A stretch of DNA of 32,000 nucleotides from Candidatus Jordarchaeales archaeon (GCA_038858525.1 JAWCFL010000006.1:41759-73758), one strand, 5' to 3'; shown: positions 8,596 through 17,677, counted from the first letter of the stretch. Numbers and translations are program-made. The notes: generated from the letters alone by a model not told the origin.

Positions 8596-9654
8596 CTAAT
8601 ATATTTCTTCTTCACCTTTTTTTCCCTCCCCGGCCATTACCTTGACCTTCTCTTCCTTGACCTTCTCTTCCTTGACCTTCTCTTCCTTGACCTTCTCTTC
8701 CTTGACCTTCTCTTCCTTGACCTTCTCTTCCTTGACCTTCTCTTCCTTCCCGATTTTCTTTCTCAGCTTCTCATCCAGTATTTTTAGTACCTCTATGGCA
8801 TACAGGCTTCTGCCGCAGTAAGGGCACTCGATGACGTTGCCGCTTTCAGGAAGCTTTAGTTTTCCTCCACAATGCGGGCATGCAATCTCCTCAATTATTA
8901 ATCCTCTGGTTTTTAGCAGCAAGCGTATATGTTCGTAGCTCTCTTTTTCCTCAAAAAACACGCCGATTTCTGAAGCAAGCTGATCAAGACGCTCATCGAA
9001 ATCTTTCCTGAGTAACTCCACTTTCTCACCCTGAGCTTTCACTATGTTCGGCCACTCCGCTTTAAGCTTCCTGTATTTATATTCAACATTGTCTAAATTC
9101 GAACGCAGTTCGTCATTAAGCTTATCTACGGCCTTTTTTATCTCTCTTCCTTCCTTCTTCAACATTTTTATTTCCTTACGAGCTGTGGGACTTATCAGTG
9201 GAGACAACACATAAAGAATGTGGGCACCGTATAACGCTAACCCAAATAACAGACCAGGCAATCCATAGCTATAAATAAGTATAACAGTAACAAGGAAAAT
9301 TGAGGTATGCAAGCAGCACACAAAGAGCTTTCTAAACCTATCCTTTGCTTGATTCACGTACATCATTAACGCGTCTTCTAACTCGTGAAGCTTATAAGTT
9401 AAAGCCTCTATTTCCGGCGTATACTTATTTCGTAATTCGTCGCATTCTTTTACTTTCGCGTAATCTAAGCCTCGCACCATTAACTCATACTTTCTGCTTT
9501 CATCATTAAGGACACGTAAATCCTCGGCCAGCTTCCTTAACTTGCCTCTTAGCTCAGGCGCAAGCTCCGTGTACTCGAAACCGTACCCCAACTTCGACTC
9601 AAGCATCTTTTTTATTTTTCTCTCGTTCTCCCTAACCCGCTCATCATAATACAC
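8596..9654 (-). CDS. Membrane protein with coiled coils, two TM helices, a C-terminal Zn ribbon and an (EEKVK)7 tail
   Basis: 352-aa ORF; hydrophobic LHTSIFLVTVILIYSYGLPGLLFGLALYGAHILYVL; CPHCGG...CPYCG. Confidence 0.8.
   Translation of the reverse strand: MYYDERVRENERKIKKMLESKLGYGFEYTELAPELRGKLRKLAEDLRVLNDESRKYELMVRGLDYAKVKECDELRNKYTPEIEALTYKLHELEDALMMYVNQAKDRFRKLFVCCLHTSIFLVTVILIYSYGLPGLLFGLALYGAHILYVLSPLISPTARKEIKMLKKEGREIKKAVDKLNDELRSNLDNVEYKYRKLKAEWPNIVKAQGEKVELLRKDFDERLDQLASEIGVFFEEKESYEHIRLLLKTRGLIIEEIACPHCGGKLKLPESGNVIECPYCGRSLYAIEVLKILDEKLRKKIGKEEKVKEEKVKEEKVKEEKVKEEKVKEEKVKEEKVKVMAGEGKKGEEEIY
8641..8745. repeat. Perfect 15-bp tandem repeat x7 (CTTGACCTTCTCTTC), coding EEKVK on the minus strand
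   Basis: Seven identical contiguous units with no spacers. Confidence 0.97.
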
Positions 9655-10173
9655 GCTCGATATTCGTCTCCCCCCATTTCAGTTAGCCAACTATTGTAAA
9701 TTCCCTACCATCCTTCATAAACTTTTATGTTTTCATTTTTAAAAAGATTTTCTTTAATGTTTACCAGTGATATCGCATACATCATCACCTTTAATAGCCT
9801 CCTTCTTACCCCGACGCCTCTAAGCGTCAATAGCTTCCATAACAACAATCACCGTTTTCTCTGTGTAGCTCACATAGAAGCTAAAAGGGGACACGTTTTC
9901 ATACAAGAGACATTTTCACCGTCTCAGCTACCTCGTGAACACCACAACATACATGTGCAGACTAAAAGGGAAAGTAACGTTCAAGTAGGATGAAGCCCAG
10001 GGAACACGTAACTGCTACTAACACGGAAGGAGAACCTTTAATGTACCCGCCTAGAATCTTTTTAATAACCAAAAGGATGCCGCCAATTACCGTAGCGAAC
10101 GGTAATTAAGAGAAATATTAAAAAGCAGAAAAAAATTAAAATAGTAACTGATAAAAGGATTTCTCTCTATTTT

Positions 10174-11757
10174 GTGGAGGAGAACATGAAGAGAGCGGCA
10201 TGGAGAACTTACATGGCAGTGTTGCTAGTAGGAGTGCTGGCGCTCACATTGGTAGCAATGCAAATATCAACGCCAGCACAAGCACAAACACAACGAACGA
10301 TACAAAAGGCTCAAATGACATGGGCAAAAACGTATGGAGGAACGTATGGCGACTCCGCTTTTCGTGTGGCTGTTGATGGTCAGGGGAACATCATAGTGGT
10401 AGGCGAAACATGGTCCTTTGGTGCTGGTGGTAGTGACGTTTGGGTCTTGAAGCTTGACCCTAACGGGGACCCAACATGGCAGAAGGCGTATGGAGGAACG
10501 TATGGCGACTCCGCTTTTCGTGTGGCTGTTGATGGTCAGGGGAACATCATAGTGGTAGGCGAAACATGGTCCTTTGGTGCTGGTGGTAGTGACGTTTGGG
10601 TCTTGAAGCTGAACGCCTCAGGTAACGTCATCTGGCAGAAAGGATACGGAGGAGAGAGCAAAGATTACGCTTGGGGTGTTGCTGTTGATTCTCAGGGAAA
10701 TATAATAGTAGCGGGAGGAACTGAATCCTTTGGTGCTGGTGGTAGTGACGTTTGGGTCTTGAAGCTGGACCCTAACGGGGAACCAACATGGCAGAAGACA
10801 TATGGGGGAGCGAGCAACGAGTGTGCTCTTGATGTTGCCTTTGATGTTCAAGGAAACATTATAGTGTCAGGGTACACTTACTCCTTTGGTGCTGGTGGCA
10901 GTGACGTTTGGGTCTTGAAGCTGGACCCTAACGGGGAACCAACATGGCAGAAGACGTATGGAGGAATAAACGACGACTATGCTTCTGGCGTTACTGTTGA
11001 TGCTCAGGGGAGCATAATAGTAGCGGGAGGCACAAACTCCTCTAGAGCTGGGGGATGGAACGTTTGGGTTTTGAAGCTTAACAGCTCAGGAGACACCATA
11101 TGGCAGAAAACGTATGGGGAAGCGAAGACTGACGTTGCCTATGATGTTACTGTCAACGCCCAAGGAAACATTATAGTGTCAGGGTACACTTACTCCTTTG
11201 GTGCTGGTGGCAGTGACGTTTGGGTCTTGAAGCTGGACCCTAACGGGGAACCAACATGGCAGAAGACGTACGGAGGAACTTATGAGGACTGTGCTATGGG
11301 AGTTGCCGCCGATAATGAAGGTATAATTGTGGCTGGGTTTACGTCATCCTTTGGTGCTGGGCTTCGAGACCTCTGGGTTTTGCGTATAAGTTCGAATGGT
11401 GAAATTTACAATTCAATATCCGAATTCACCATAAAAAATACTAGCGTGGCGCCTACAACAACAGCGGCTTCCCCCTCACCTACTAACGCTGCAATTTTAT
11501 CGACGAACGCGAACTTGAGCGATACGCAAGCAATAATAACAAATACCAACGCGGCAATAAACACGCAGGCACCGCCTTCCCCATCCTTTTCACCACCTAT
11601 TGAGGAGCAGTTTTTGCTTCTGCTTCTAGTCCTCGGGTTGTATGACTCGGTGGAGAATGCATCTCGAAGTAGTGTGGTTTCCATTGGCTTTTTCATAATT
11701 CTTTTTGGCGACATCAGTTTGTACGTTTTTCTTTATCGAAGGTGGAGACTTGCGTGA
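10174..11757 (+). CDS. Secreted, probably membrane-anchored 7-bladed beta-propeller repeat protein
   Basis: Signal peptide (start probably ATG 10186); seven 52-aa repeats W-x-K-x-YGG...V-x-VD-x-QGNIIV-x-G...FGAGGSDVWVLKL; Ser/Thr-rich stalk; hydrophobic C-terminus ending RRWRLA. Confidence 0.85.
   Translation: MEENMKRAAWRTYMAVLLVGVLALTLVAMQISTPAQAQTQRTIQKAQMTWAKTYGGTYGDSAFRVAVDGQGNIIVVGETWSFGAGGSDVWVLKLDPNGDPTWQKAYGGTYGDSAFRVAVDGQGNIIVVGETWSFGAGGSDVWVLKLNASGNVIWQKGYGGESKDYAWGVAVDSQGNIIVAGGTESFGAGGSDVWVLKLDPNGEPTWQKTYGGASNECALDVAFDVQGNIIVSGYTYSFGAGGSDVWVLKLDPNGEPTWQKTYGGINDDYASGVTVDAQGSIIVAGGTNSSRAGGWNVWVLKLNSSGDTIWQKTYGEAKTDVAYDVTVNAQGNIIVSGYTYSFGAGGSDVWVLKLDPNGEPTWQKTYGGTYEDCAMGVAADNEGIIVAGFTSSFGAGLRDLWVLRISSNGEIYNSISEFTIKNTSVAPTTTAASPSPTNAAILSTNANLSDTQAIITNTNAAINTQAPPSPSFSPPIEEQFLLLLLVLGLYDSVENASRSSVVSIGFFIILFGDISLYVFLYRRWRLA
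10331..11400 (+). repeat. Intragenic 156-bp repeats x7
   Basis: Period is 156 bp. 10331-10454 equals 10487-10610 (124 bp identical) and 10849-10958 equals 11161-11270 (110 bp identical). Confidence 0.9.
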
Positions 11758-11889
11758 AGCTCCTGACGGAAGCCCCGTCCTCTCCTGGCGCAGTTACTAT
11801 TATAAGTAGCAACGTGCGAAAATGCATTTGCAATAGTAATTAATCTATTCATTTTTAATCTAAGCTTCAATCTGAGTAGTAATTAATTA

Positions 11890-12480
11890 AATCATAGAGC
11901 TCTTAACGGTAAATTGGCATGGTTACTCGGTGGTTTGATGGAGTTTTCCGCTATTAAAGATGAAGGTCTTGAACGTCTTGTGCGATTAAAAGCTAAATAG
12001 TTGCTCGGCAGTTTCCAGATATATAACTTATTGAGGTTGAAGCCGCCTAAAATTTGCCTAATATGTGGCGAGACAAATGAGCTGAATGGGCGCGTCTTAA
12101 GTGTATGTGAGACTTAAGCGGTAGGATTCTGAACTGCGTAGTCTTTGGTAGACTTGTGTAGCTCTTGGTTTTCATCGAGCCCGTTCTGGGCTCACATCGC
12201 TCTCTAACCCTGTCGAGTCGAACCCGCCCCATACATCCACGCCAAGCCCTTTCGAGCCTGAGGTCATCTGTATGGGGAAAGTCCCCCCATCTGAAGGTGG
12301 CATCATCCGTAGGAAGCCATGCTTCCAGAGCAGAGCCCGGCTCCGGAAAGGTTAATGAGCAAGTCTATTTAAATCTATCTTGAAACTGTTTTTTGAAGGC
12401 GCTTCGCCGCCGTTTTTGGCATTGTAAATTTCCGGCGTGCCGCCCTTATCGTTGGCGGTGAAAACCCCTCGGGAGCTTTA
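11890..12480 (+). pseudogene. tnpB: Heavily decayed tnpB 3' remnant interrupted by mini-element E2
   Basis: RALNGKL (compare KALNGRL in element B) and ICLICGETNELNGRV (compare MCGEISKPNGHV in the intact TnpB). After the insert comes the scaffold motif GTGCCGCCCTTATCGTTGGCGGTGAAAACC (from 12437). The element ends could not be resolved. Confidence 0.65.
12123..12399 (-). mobile_element. Non-autonomous IS607-derived mini-element E2
   Basis: Minus-strand CCT at both junctions (+ strand AGG at 12397-12399 and 12123-12125). CC + 9 nt + CAGTTTC left end; TTTAAATA at 12373-12366; GGAAGCATGGCTTCCTA and ACCTTCAGATG shared with E1; TCAGAAT + CC right end. Confidence 0.8.
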
Positions 12481-12550
12481 ATCGTGGAAGATGAGAAAGG
12501 TAGAATCTGTTGACCCCACGAAGGTGGAATCATCGTTGAGGAGATAGTGA

Positions 12551-13069
12551 TTAATCTTTTATTTCGTCGTTTGTTGTTTCCCAGAGCCACTCTAGAGGGT
12601 TTTCCGTTTCTACAAATTTGAATTGTTTAAAGTCCTTTATGTTTTCTGTCCATATGAATTCCACTTTTCCTCTTGCTGTGCAAGCTAGTAGTGCGTCGAA
12701 GAAGTCTCCGCCTCTTAGTCCGATTCTTTCAGCCTCAAGCACCGCTTCCCTGTAATCTTCGATTGTCGGCTGCAGTTTCCGTATTGCAGTTGACTTAAGG
12801 TAGGCTGTGCATATTTCGGCTGCGCGGCTTGGGCTTAGAGGGTTCTGAACCTTCCTGCTCGTGATGACCGAGTAGAGCTCGGCTATGTTTTGGAGGCTGA
12901 CGTATGCCTCCAGGAATCCTAGGACTGCAGCCTTGATTATCACTGCCGCGCCTCTGTTACTGGGACTTAACTCGTCACTGGCATAGCAAAGGATCATTGT
13001 GTCGAGTAAAACGCGTTTCCCGTAGTGCTCGGTTTCAGTTATATCCACTCCGTTAACGAGTATCCTCAT
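12551..13069 (-). CDS. vapC: PIN-domain (VapC-like) ribonuclease toxin
   Basis: VLLDTMILCYA, IAELYSVIT, FFDALLACTA and IWTENIKDF carry the PIN acidic residues; the gene overlaps the upstream AbrB-type gene. Confidence 0.85.
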   Translation of the reverse strand: MRILVNGVDITETEHYGKRVLLDTMILCYASDELSPSNRGAAVIIKAAVLGFLEAYVSLQNIAELYSVITSRKVQNPLSPSRAAEICTAYLKSTAIRKLQPTIEDYREAVLEAERIGLRGGDFFDALLACTARGKVEFIWTENIKDFKQFKFVETENPLEWLWETTNDEIKD

Positions 13070-13295
13070 ATATTTCCCTTCTGCTGAGGTGTGGGACGCC
13101 GATTTTCGCGGGCTTTTCTAGGATTTCGAGGAGCTTCTCGTCCGCGGTTTTCCTCTTGAGTTTCGCCTCGAAGCTCCTACTGCTTGTCAGCCTGATTTCG
13201 AGCTTGTCTCCGTCTTCAAGTCCAAGGGCCTCCCTCACCTCTACGGGAATGTAAAGCTTGCCCTTATGGTATGTTCCGACTCCCAAGCTGGACAC
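13053..13295 (-). CDS. vapB: AbrB/MazE/SpoVT-type antitoxin (VapB-like)
   Basis: KGKLYIPVEVREALGLEDGDKLEI is the swapped-hairpin signature; 80 aa, directly upstream of the PIN gene. Confidence 0.85.
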   Translation of the reverse strand: MSSLGVGTYHKGKLYIPVEVREALGLEDGDKLEIRLTSSRSFEAKLKRKTADEKLLEILEKPAKIGVPHLSRREIYEDTR

Positions 13296-13321
13296 CTAGT
13301 AACCACAATAGTTAAAGGCCA

Positions 13322-13329
13322 ATATAAAA
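13322..13329 (-). promoter_or_regulatory. TATA box of vapBC
   Basis: TTTTATAT on the minus strand, 26 nt before the GTG start, consistent with a leaderless transcript. Confidence 0.5.
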
Positions 13330-13428
13330 GTTGCCAAAAACAGAGTGGGCACCAAACTTGAAGGTCAACGCTCCGACTAGCAACGTCTTAGAAACTCTTA
13401 TAGGCTTCGGCTCATGTAACCGTTCCAT

Positions 13429-15972
13429 ATGAGTGTGTGTTACGCTGACCGGTTTTACTCGAAAGACGAAATCTTATCACTTCTCCACCCTAAAGTTGCT
13501 AGGTGGTATTCTCGCTTTGAGCCCACTCCTCCCCAGTCGATGGCTATCCCGCTAATCCACCGCGGCGAGAACGTGCTTATCACCAGCCCGACTGGGACGG
13601 GTAAGACGCTTGCAGCCTTCCTCACCATAATGAGCGAGCTCGCCTTCATGGAGTGGAACGGCGTCCTCGAGGACAAGGTCTACGCCGTCTACGTAAGCCC
13701 ACTGAGGGCCCTCAACAATGATATAAAGCGTAACCTGCTGTCCCCCCTTGAGGAGATGGGGCTTGACTTCGTAAGAGTTTCGGTGAGGACGGGGGACACC
13801 CCTGCGAACGAGAGGCAAAAAATGCTCAGGAAGCCTCCTCATATACTGATAACGACCCCTGAAACCCTAGCCATAGTGCTTAACGCGACGAGGTTCAGGG
13901 ACAAGCTTGAGCCGCGCTGGGTCGTAGTCGACGAGATCCACGCTCTCTTCGAGAGCAAGAGGGGTGCTCACCTTTCGCTTAGCCTCGAAAGGCTAAACCA
14001 CCAAGCGTCATTTCAGAGGATAGGGCTCTCAGCCACAATATGGCCTCTCGACGAGGTTGCCCGCTTCCTCGTGGGGGAGGGAAGAAGTTGCGTGGTCGTT
14101 AACGCCTCATACGCCAAGGAGAAGGATATAAGGGTTGAAACTCCCGTCCCGGACCTCGTCCACATTGAAGCGGAGAAGCTTAACAGGGAAATGTATAGAA
14201 GGCTGGGCGAGATAATAGACGAGCACAGGACGACGCTCGTCTTCACGAACACGCGTTCCGGAGCCGAGAAGGTCGCCTTCCACCTTCAGGACAGCGTCGA
14301 CATAGATGATATCGGAACGCACCACGGTAGCCTCTCGAGGGATGTCAGACTGGACGTCGAGGAGAAACTTAAGAACGGCGAGCTCAAGGTGGTTGTGAGC
14401 TCTACGAGCCTCGAGCTGGGAATAGACATAGGATACATAGACTGCGTCGTTCAGATAGGGTCCCCGAAGAGCATAACGAGGTGTCTTCAGAGGATAGGGA
14501 GGGCGGGCCACAGGATAAGGGATGTTTCGAAGGGCGTGCTGCTATGCATGAGTCACGATGACCTTTTAGAGTGTGCTGTTATGGTTAAGTGCGCCTATGA
14601 CGGCGTCCTTGACAGGGCTTCCCATCCTCAGAACGCCCTTGACGTCCTCGCCCAGCACTTGGTGGGGATGGCTTTAGAGCGGAAGTGGAATGCTGAGGAA
14701 GCGTTTAACGTTGTGAGAAGGTCTTACAGTTTCAGAAGCCTCTCTTGGGATGACTTTGAGAGCGCCCTGAAGTATCTGTCCGGCGGATATGGGCTTGAGC
14801 CATACAAGGTTTACGGCAAAGTCTGGTACGACGAGCACGACAGGGTTTTTGGTAGGCGGGGGAAGTATGCGAGAGTAATATACATGCTCAACCTTGGAAC
14901 CATACCGGACGAGGTGGCGATAAAGGTTTACGCGCTCCCCGGCAAGAGATACGTAGGCAACATTGAGGAGGAGTTCCTCGAGAGGCTCGAGCCCGGCGAC
15001 ATATTTGTCCTCGGAGGAAGAGTCTACGAGTTCGTCAGGGCAAGCGGGCTGAACGCCTACGTTAAAGACGCCAAGGGCAAGAAGCCCACTATACCGTCTT
15101 GGTTTAGCGAGATGCTTCCGCTGAGCTTCGACCTAGCGTGCGAAATTAGGCGCTTCATAGAGAAAGTCTTCAGGGGGGAAATAGGCGAGGAGGAGCTGAA
15201 AGAGGAGTACAGGGTTAGCGATTGGGCTGCCAAGGCGATCCTGAACTTCCTGCGGCTCGAGAAAGAGTTTCTTGGAAAGCTTGGAATAGAGGTTAACGGG
15301 AGAAGCCTGCTCGTGGAGGAGTTTGAGGACGAGGATGGAAGGCAGAACTTTCTGTTCATGTTTCTCTTCGGTAGGCGTGTCAACGATGCCTTATCGAGAG
15401 CTTATGCGTGGGTTGCGAGCAGAGAAGTAGGGGCTAACGTTGGCCTAGCAGTCACCGACCACGGCTTCATGCTCACTGTTCCCCGCAAGAGAAAGCTCGA
15501 TGTCCGTCTCGTTGTAAGCAAGGTTTCCTCATCCAACCTTAGAGACGTCCTCTCGAAGGCCATCAGGAGCACTGAAATGTTCAGGAGGAGGTTCCGCCAC
15601 GTTGCTGCTAGGAGCTTCATGGTTCTCAGAAACTACAAGGGGCACGAGATAGGGGCTAGAAGACAGATGAGGAACGCGGAGGTCCTCATGAAAGCTGTCT
15701 CAGAGTTCGACGGCTTCCCAATAGTAAAAGAGACCGAGAGAGAAATAATGGAGGACGTCATGGACGTCAAGAACGCCATTGAAGTACTTAAGTCAATAGA
15801 AAGAGGGGAGCTGGAGATAATCCACGTCAAAACCCCGGTTCCCAGCCCATTAGCTCACGGAGTATACCTTTCAGGCCTTTCAGACGTGGTCCTTATGGAG
15901 GACAGACTCAAGCTGCTGGAATACCTCTACCAGAGAGTGGTGGAGGAGTCCTCTTGTGGGGAAAACCACTAG
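13429..15972 (+). CDS. lhr: Lhr-family SF2 ATP-dependent helicase (archaeal Lhr core)
   Basis: SPTGTGKT, VSPLRALNND, ITTPETL, VDEIH, GLSAT, HHGSLS, LELGIDIG, QRIGRAGH, and the Lhr-typical TIPD and IPSWFSE motifs. Confidence 0.93.
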   Translation: MSVCYADRFYSKDEILSLLHPKVARWYSRFEPTPPQSMAIPLIHRGENVLITSPTGTGKTLAAFLTIMSELAFMEWNGVLEDKVYAVYVSPLRALNNDIKRNLLSPLEEMGLDFVRVSVRTGDTPANERQKMLRKPPHILITTPETLAIVLNATRFRDKLEPRWVVVDEIHALFESKRGAHLSLSLERLNHQASFQRIGLSATIWPLDEVARFLVGEGRSCVVVNASYAKEKDIRVETPVPDLVHIEAEKLNREMYRRLGEIIDEHRTTLVFTNTRSGAEKVAFHLQDSVDIDDIGTHHGSLSRDVRLDVEEKLKNGELKVVVSSTSLELGIDIGYIDCVVQIGSPKSITRCLQRIGRAGHRIRDVSKGVLLCMSHDDLLECAVMVKCAYDGVLDRASHPQNALDVLAQHLVGMALERKWNAEEAFNVVRRSYSFRSLSWDDFESALKYLSGGYGLEPYKVYGKVWYDEHDRVFGRRGKYARVIYMLNLGTIPDEVAIKVYALPGKRYVGNIEEEFLERLEPGDIFVLGGRVYEFVRASGLNAYVKDAKGKKPTIPSWFSEMLPLSFDLACEIRRFIEKVFRGEIGEEELKEEYRVSDWAAKAILNFLRLEKEFLGKLGIEVNGRSLLVEEFEDEDGRQNFLFMFLFGRRVNDALSRAYAWVASREVGANVGLAVTDHGFMLTVPRKRKLDVRLVVSKVSSSNLRDVLSKAIRSTEMFRRRFRHVAARSFMVLRNYKGHEIGARRQMRNAEVLMKAVSEFDGFPIVKETEREIMEDVMDVKNAIEVLKSIERGELEIIHVKTPVPSPLAHGVYLSGLSDVVLMEDRLKLLEYLYQRVVEESSCGENH

Positions 15973-16661
15973 AGAACCTGGGCCTCATGATAGAAGATGT
16001 GGGCGTGCTCGCCGTAGCAGACCTCCACCTGGGTTACGAGGACGTGCTGAGGGAAGAAGGCCTCTTTATCACCAGCCAGTACCCCAAAATAAAGGAAATG
16101 ATCCTCGAAATGATAAACACTCACTCCCCCGACATCCTCATAATCAACGGAGACTTCAAACACGAGTTTGGAGAGGCAAGCCTCCAAGAGTGGGTTGAGG
16201 TGAGAGACCTCATCGAAGCCCTCCTGAAAGAGAAAGTTAAACTCGCATTCATTCGGGGCAACCACGATAACTTCATCGTCACCCTCATGAAGAAATACGA
16301 GCTCCCGCTAGAAGTCGAAGTCAAAATAGAAGACTACCTTTTCCTCCACGGGCACCGCACCCCCTCACAAACCGCCGAAAAAATAGTGATAGGACACGAG
16401 CACCCTTCAGTTCTGTTAAGGGACGAGTTCGGGACAAAGTTCAGGTACAAAGCCTTCCTCATGGGAAACTACGCCGAAAAGGAGCTGGTAGTACTGCCCT
16501 CAATGCACCCCCTAGCCACCGGAACCCTGATAAACAAAGAACGGGACTACATGTCCCCGCTGCTGAAATTCACAGACGTCGGAGAATTCACACCATACCT
16601 GGTTGAGCCAGGAGTTACCGTGAAAAAATTTCCAAAAGTAAAGAACCTCCGCGACATATGA
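15954..16661 (+). CDS. Calcineurin-like metallophosphoesterase (Lhr-associated MPE type)
   Basis: ADLHLG, NGDFKH, RGNHD, HGH and GHEHP motifs; the gene overlaps the lhr stop. Confidence 0.9.
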   Translation: MWGKPLENLGLMIEDVGVLAVADLHLGYEDVLREEGLFITSQYPKIKEMILEMINTHSPDILIINGDFKHEFGEASLQEWVEVRDLIEALLKEKVKLAFIRGNHDNFIVTLMKKYELPLEVEVKIEDYLFLHGHRTPSQTAEKIVIGHEHPSVLLRDEFGTKFRYKAFLMGNYAEKELVVLPSMHPLATGTLINKERDYMSPLLKFTDVGEFTPYLVEPGVTVKKFPKVKNLRDI

Positions 16662-16754
16662 CCCAACCAAAAAAGATAAATGAAAAAAATCAGAAAAAAT
16701 ATCGAATGTCATGCGACTTTTAGCAGGCAATTAACCCCTGTGGGAGGAGGTCTA

Positions 16755-17675
16755 TTGTCGATTGCTATTGAAACTTTCGACTTAACCAAGGTCTACTCGA
16801 AGCTTGTCGCCGTCGACAGGCTCAACATTAAAGTTCCTGAGAAATGTGTCTTCGGCTTTCTTGGCCCGAACGGGGCGGGCAAAACAACCACGGTTAAGAT
16901 GCTGACAGGCCTCACGCCTCCAACTAAGGGAACCGCTACGGTCATGGGCTGGGACATAATGTGCGACATGGAGCAAATAAGGAACATCATCGGATTCCTG
17001 CCCGAGTACTTCCCTAAGCCAAAGGAGAAAGCTCTAAAATATCTCGTCACGCTGGCGAGCTTCAACAGCATGAGAGACAGAAGGAGCCTAAAGAAGCAAG
17101 CCGAGGAACTGCTGGAGCTCGTCGGCCTATGGGACGTGAGGAACAAGAAGGTTTCCAAGTTCAGCATGGGCATGTTTAAGAGGTGGCTTCTGGCCAACGC
17201 CCTCATGGGCGACCCCGAAGTCCTCCTCCTAGACGAGCCAACCGCTAACCTAGACCCAATAGGCAGAGCAGAAATACTGGAGTTGACCCGCAATCTCAGC
17301 AGGGAGCGCACAGTATTCCTCAACAGCCACGTTCTCCCCGAAGTCGAAAAAGTAGCAGACCACGTCGCGATAATAAACAAGGGGCGCCTCATAATCCAAG
17401 CGAAAATCACCGAACTCAAAAACATAGTCAAAGTGGAAACTCACTCATACATCATCAGCAGCGATAACAACGAGAAACTCGCAAACTTCCTCCGAAAAGC
17501 AGGCATAGACACAAAAATCACGGACTCAGGAGTAGAAGCATCAACAAGAGACCCAAAGGAACTCTGGATACGCCTCGTGGAAGCATACCAAGAAACCGGA
17601 ACGCTCATCTACGAGTTCAAAGAGACCGGAAGAGAACTAGAAGACATCTTCCTAAAACTAGTTGAAGGTGAATAA
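16755..17675 (+). CDS. ABC transporter ATP-binding subunit (exporter type)
   Basis: GPNGAGKTT, FSMGM signature, LLLDEPT, H-loop NSH; TTG start after GGAGG (the ORF is open from 16680). Confidence 0.92.
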   Translation: MSIAIETFDLTKVYSKLVAVDRLNIKVPEKCVFGFLGPNGAGKTTTVKMLTGLTPPTKGTATVMGWDIMCDMEQIRNIIGFLPEYFPKPKEKALKYLVTLASFNSMRDRRSLKKQAEELLELVGLWDVRNKKVSKFSMGMFKRWLLANALMGDPEVLLLDEPTANLDPIGRAEILELTRNLSRERTVFLNSHVLPEVEKVADHVAIINKGRLIIQAKITELKNIVKVETHSYIISSDNNEKLANFLRKAGIDTKITDSGVEASTRDPKELWIRLVEAYQETGTLIYEFKETGRELEDIFLKLVEGE

Positions 17676-17677
17676 AC

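Noticed and set aside
8641-8745. Possible CRISPR array
   Set aside because: The units are contiguous with no spacers and are in frame in a CDS. The 156-bp repeats at 10331-11400 are also coding. No CRISPR array or cas gene was seen in the window.
9727-9993. 88-aa ORF in AT-rich DNA
   Set aside because: It has no recognisable domain or ribosome-binding site and starts in a TATA-like tract; probably intergenic.
11779-11810. Possible left end of the third tnpB remnant (CC...CAGTTAC followed by TTATAAG)
   Set aside because: The spacing is 10 nt instead of 8-9 and the motif is imperfect. No matching right end (CAACGAT) was found after 12475, so no boundaries were called.
12096-12109. 14-bp identity CTTAAGTGTATGTG with 18970-18983
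   Set aside because: Some 14-mer matches are expected by chance in 32 kb on two strands, and the flanks are unrelated.
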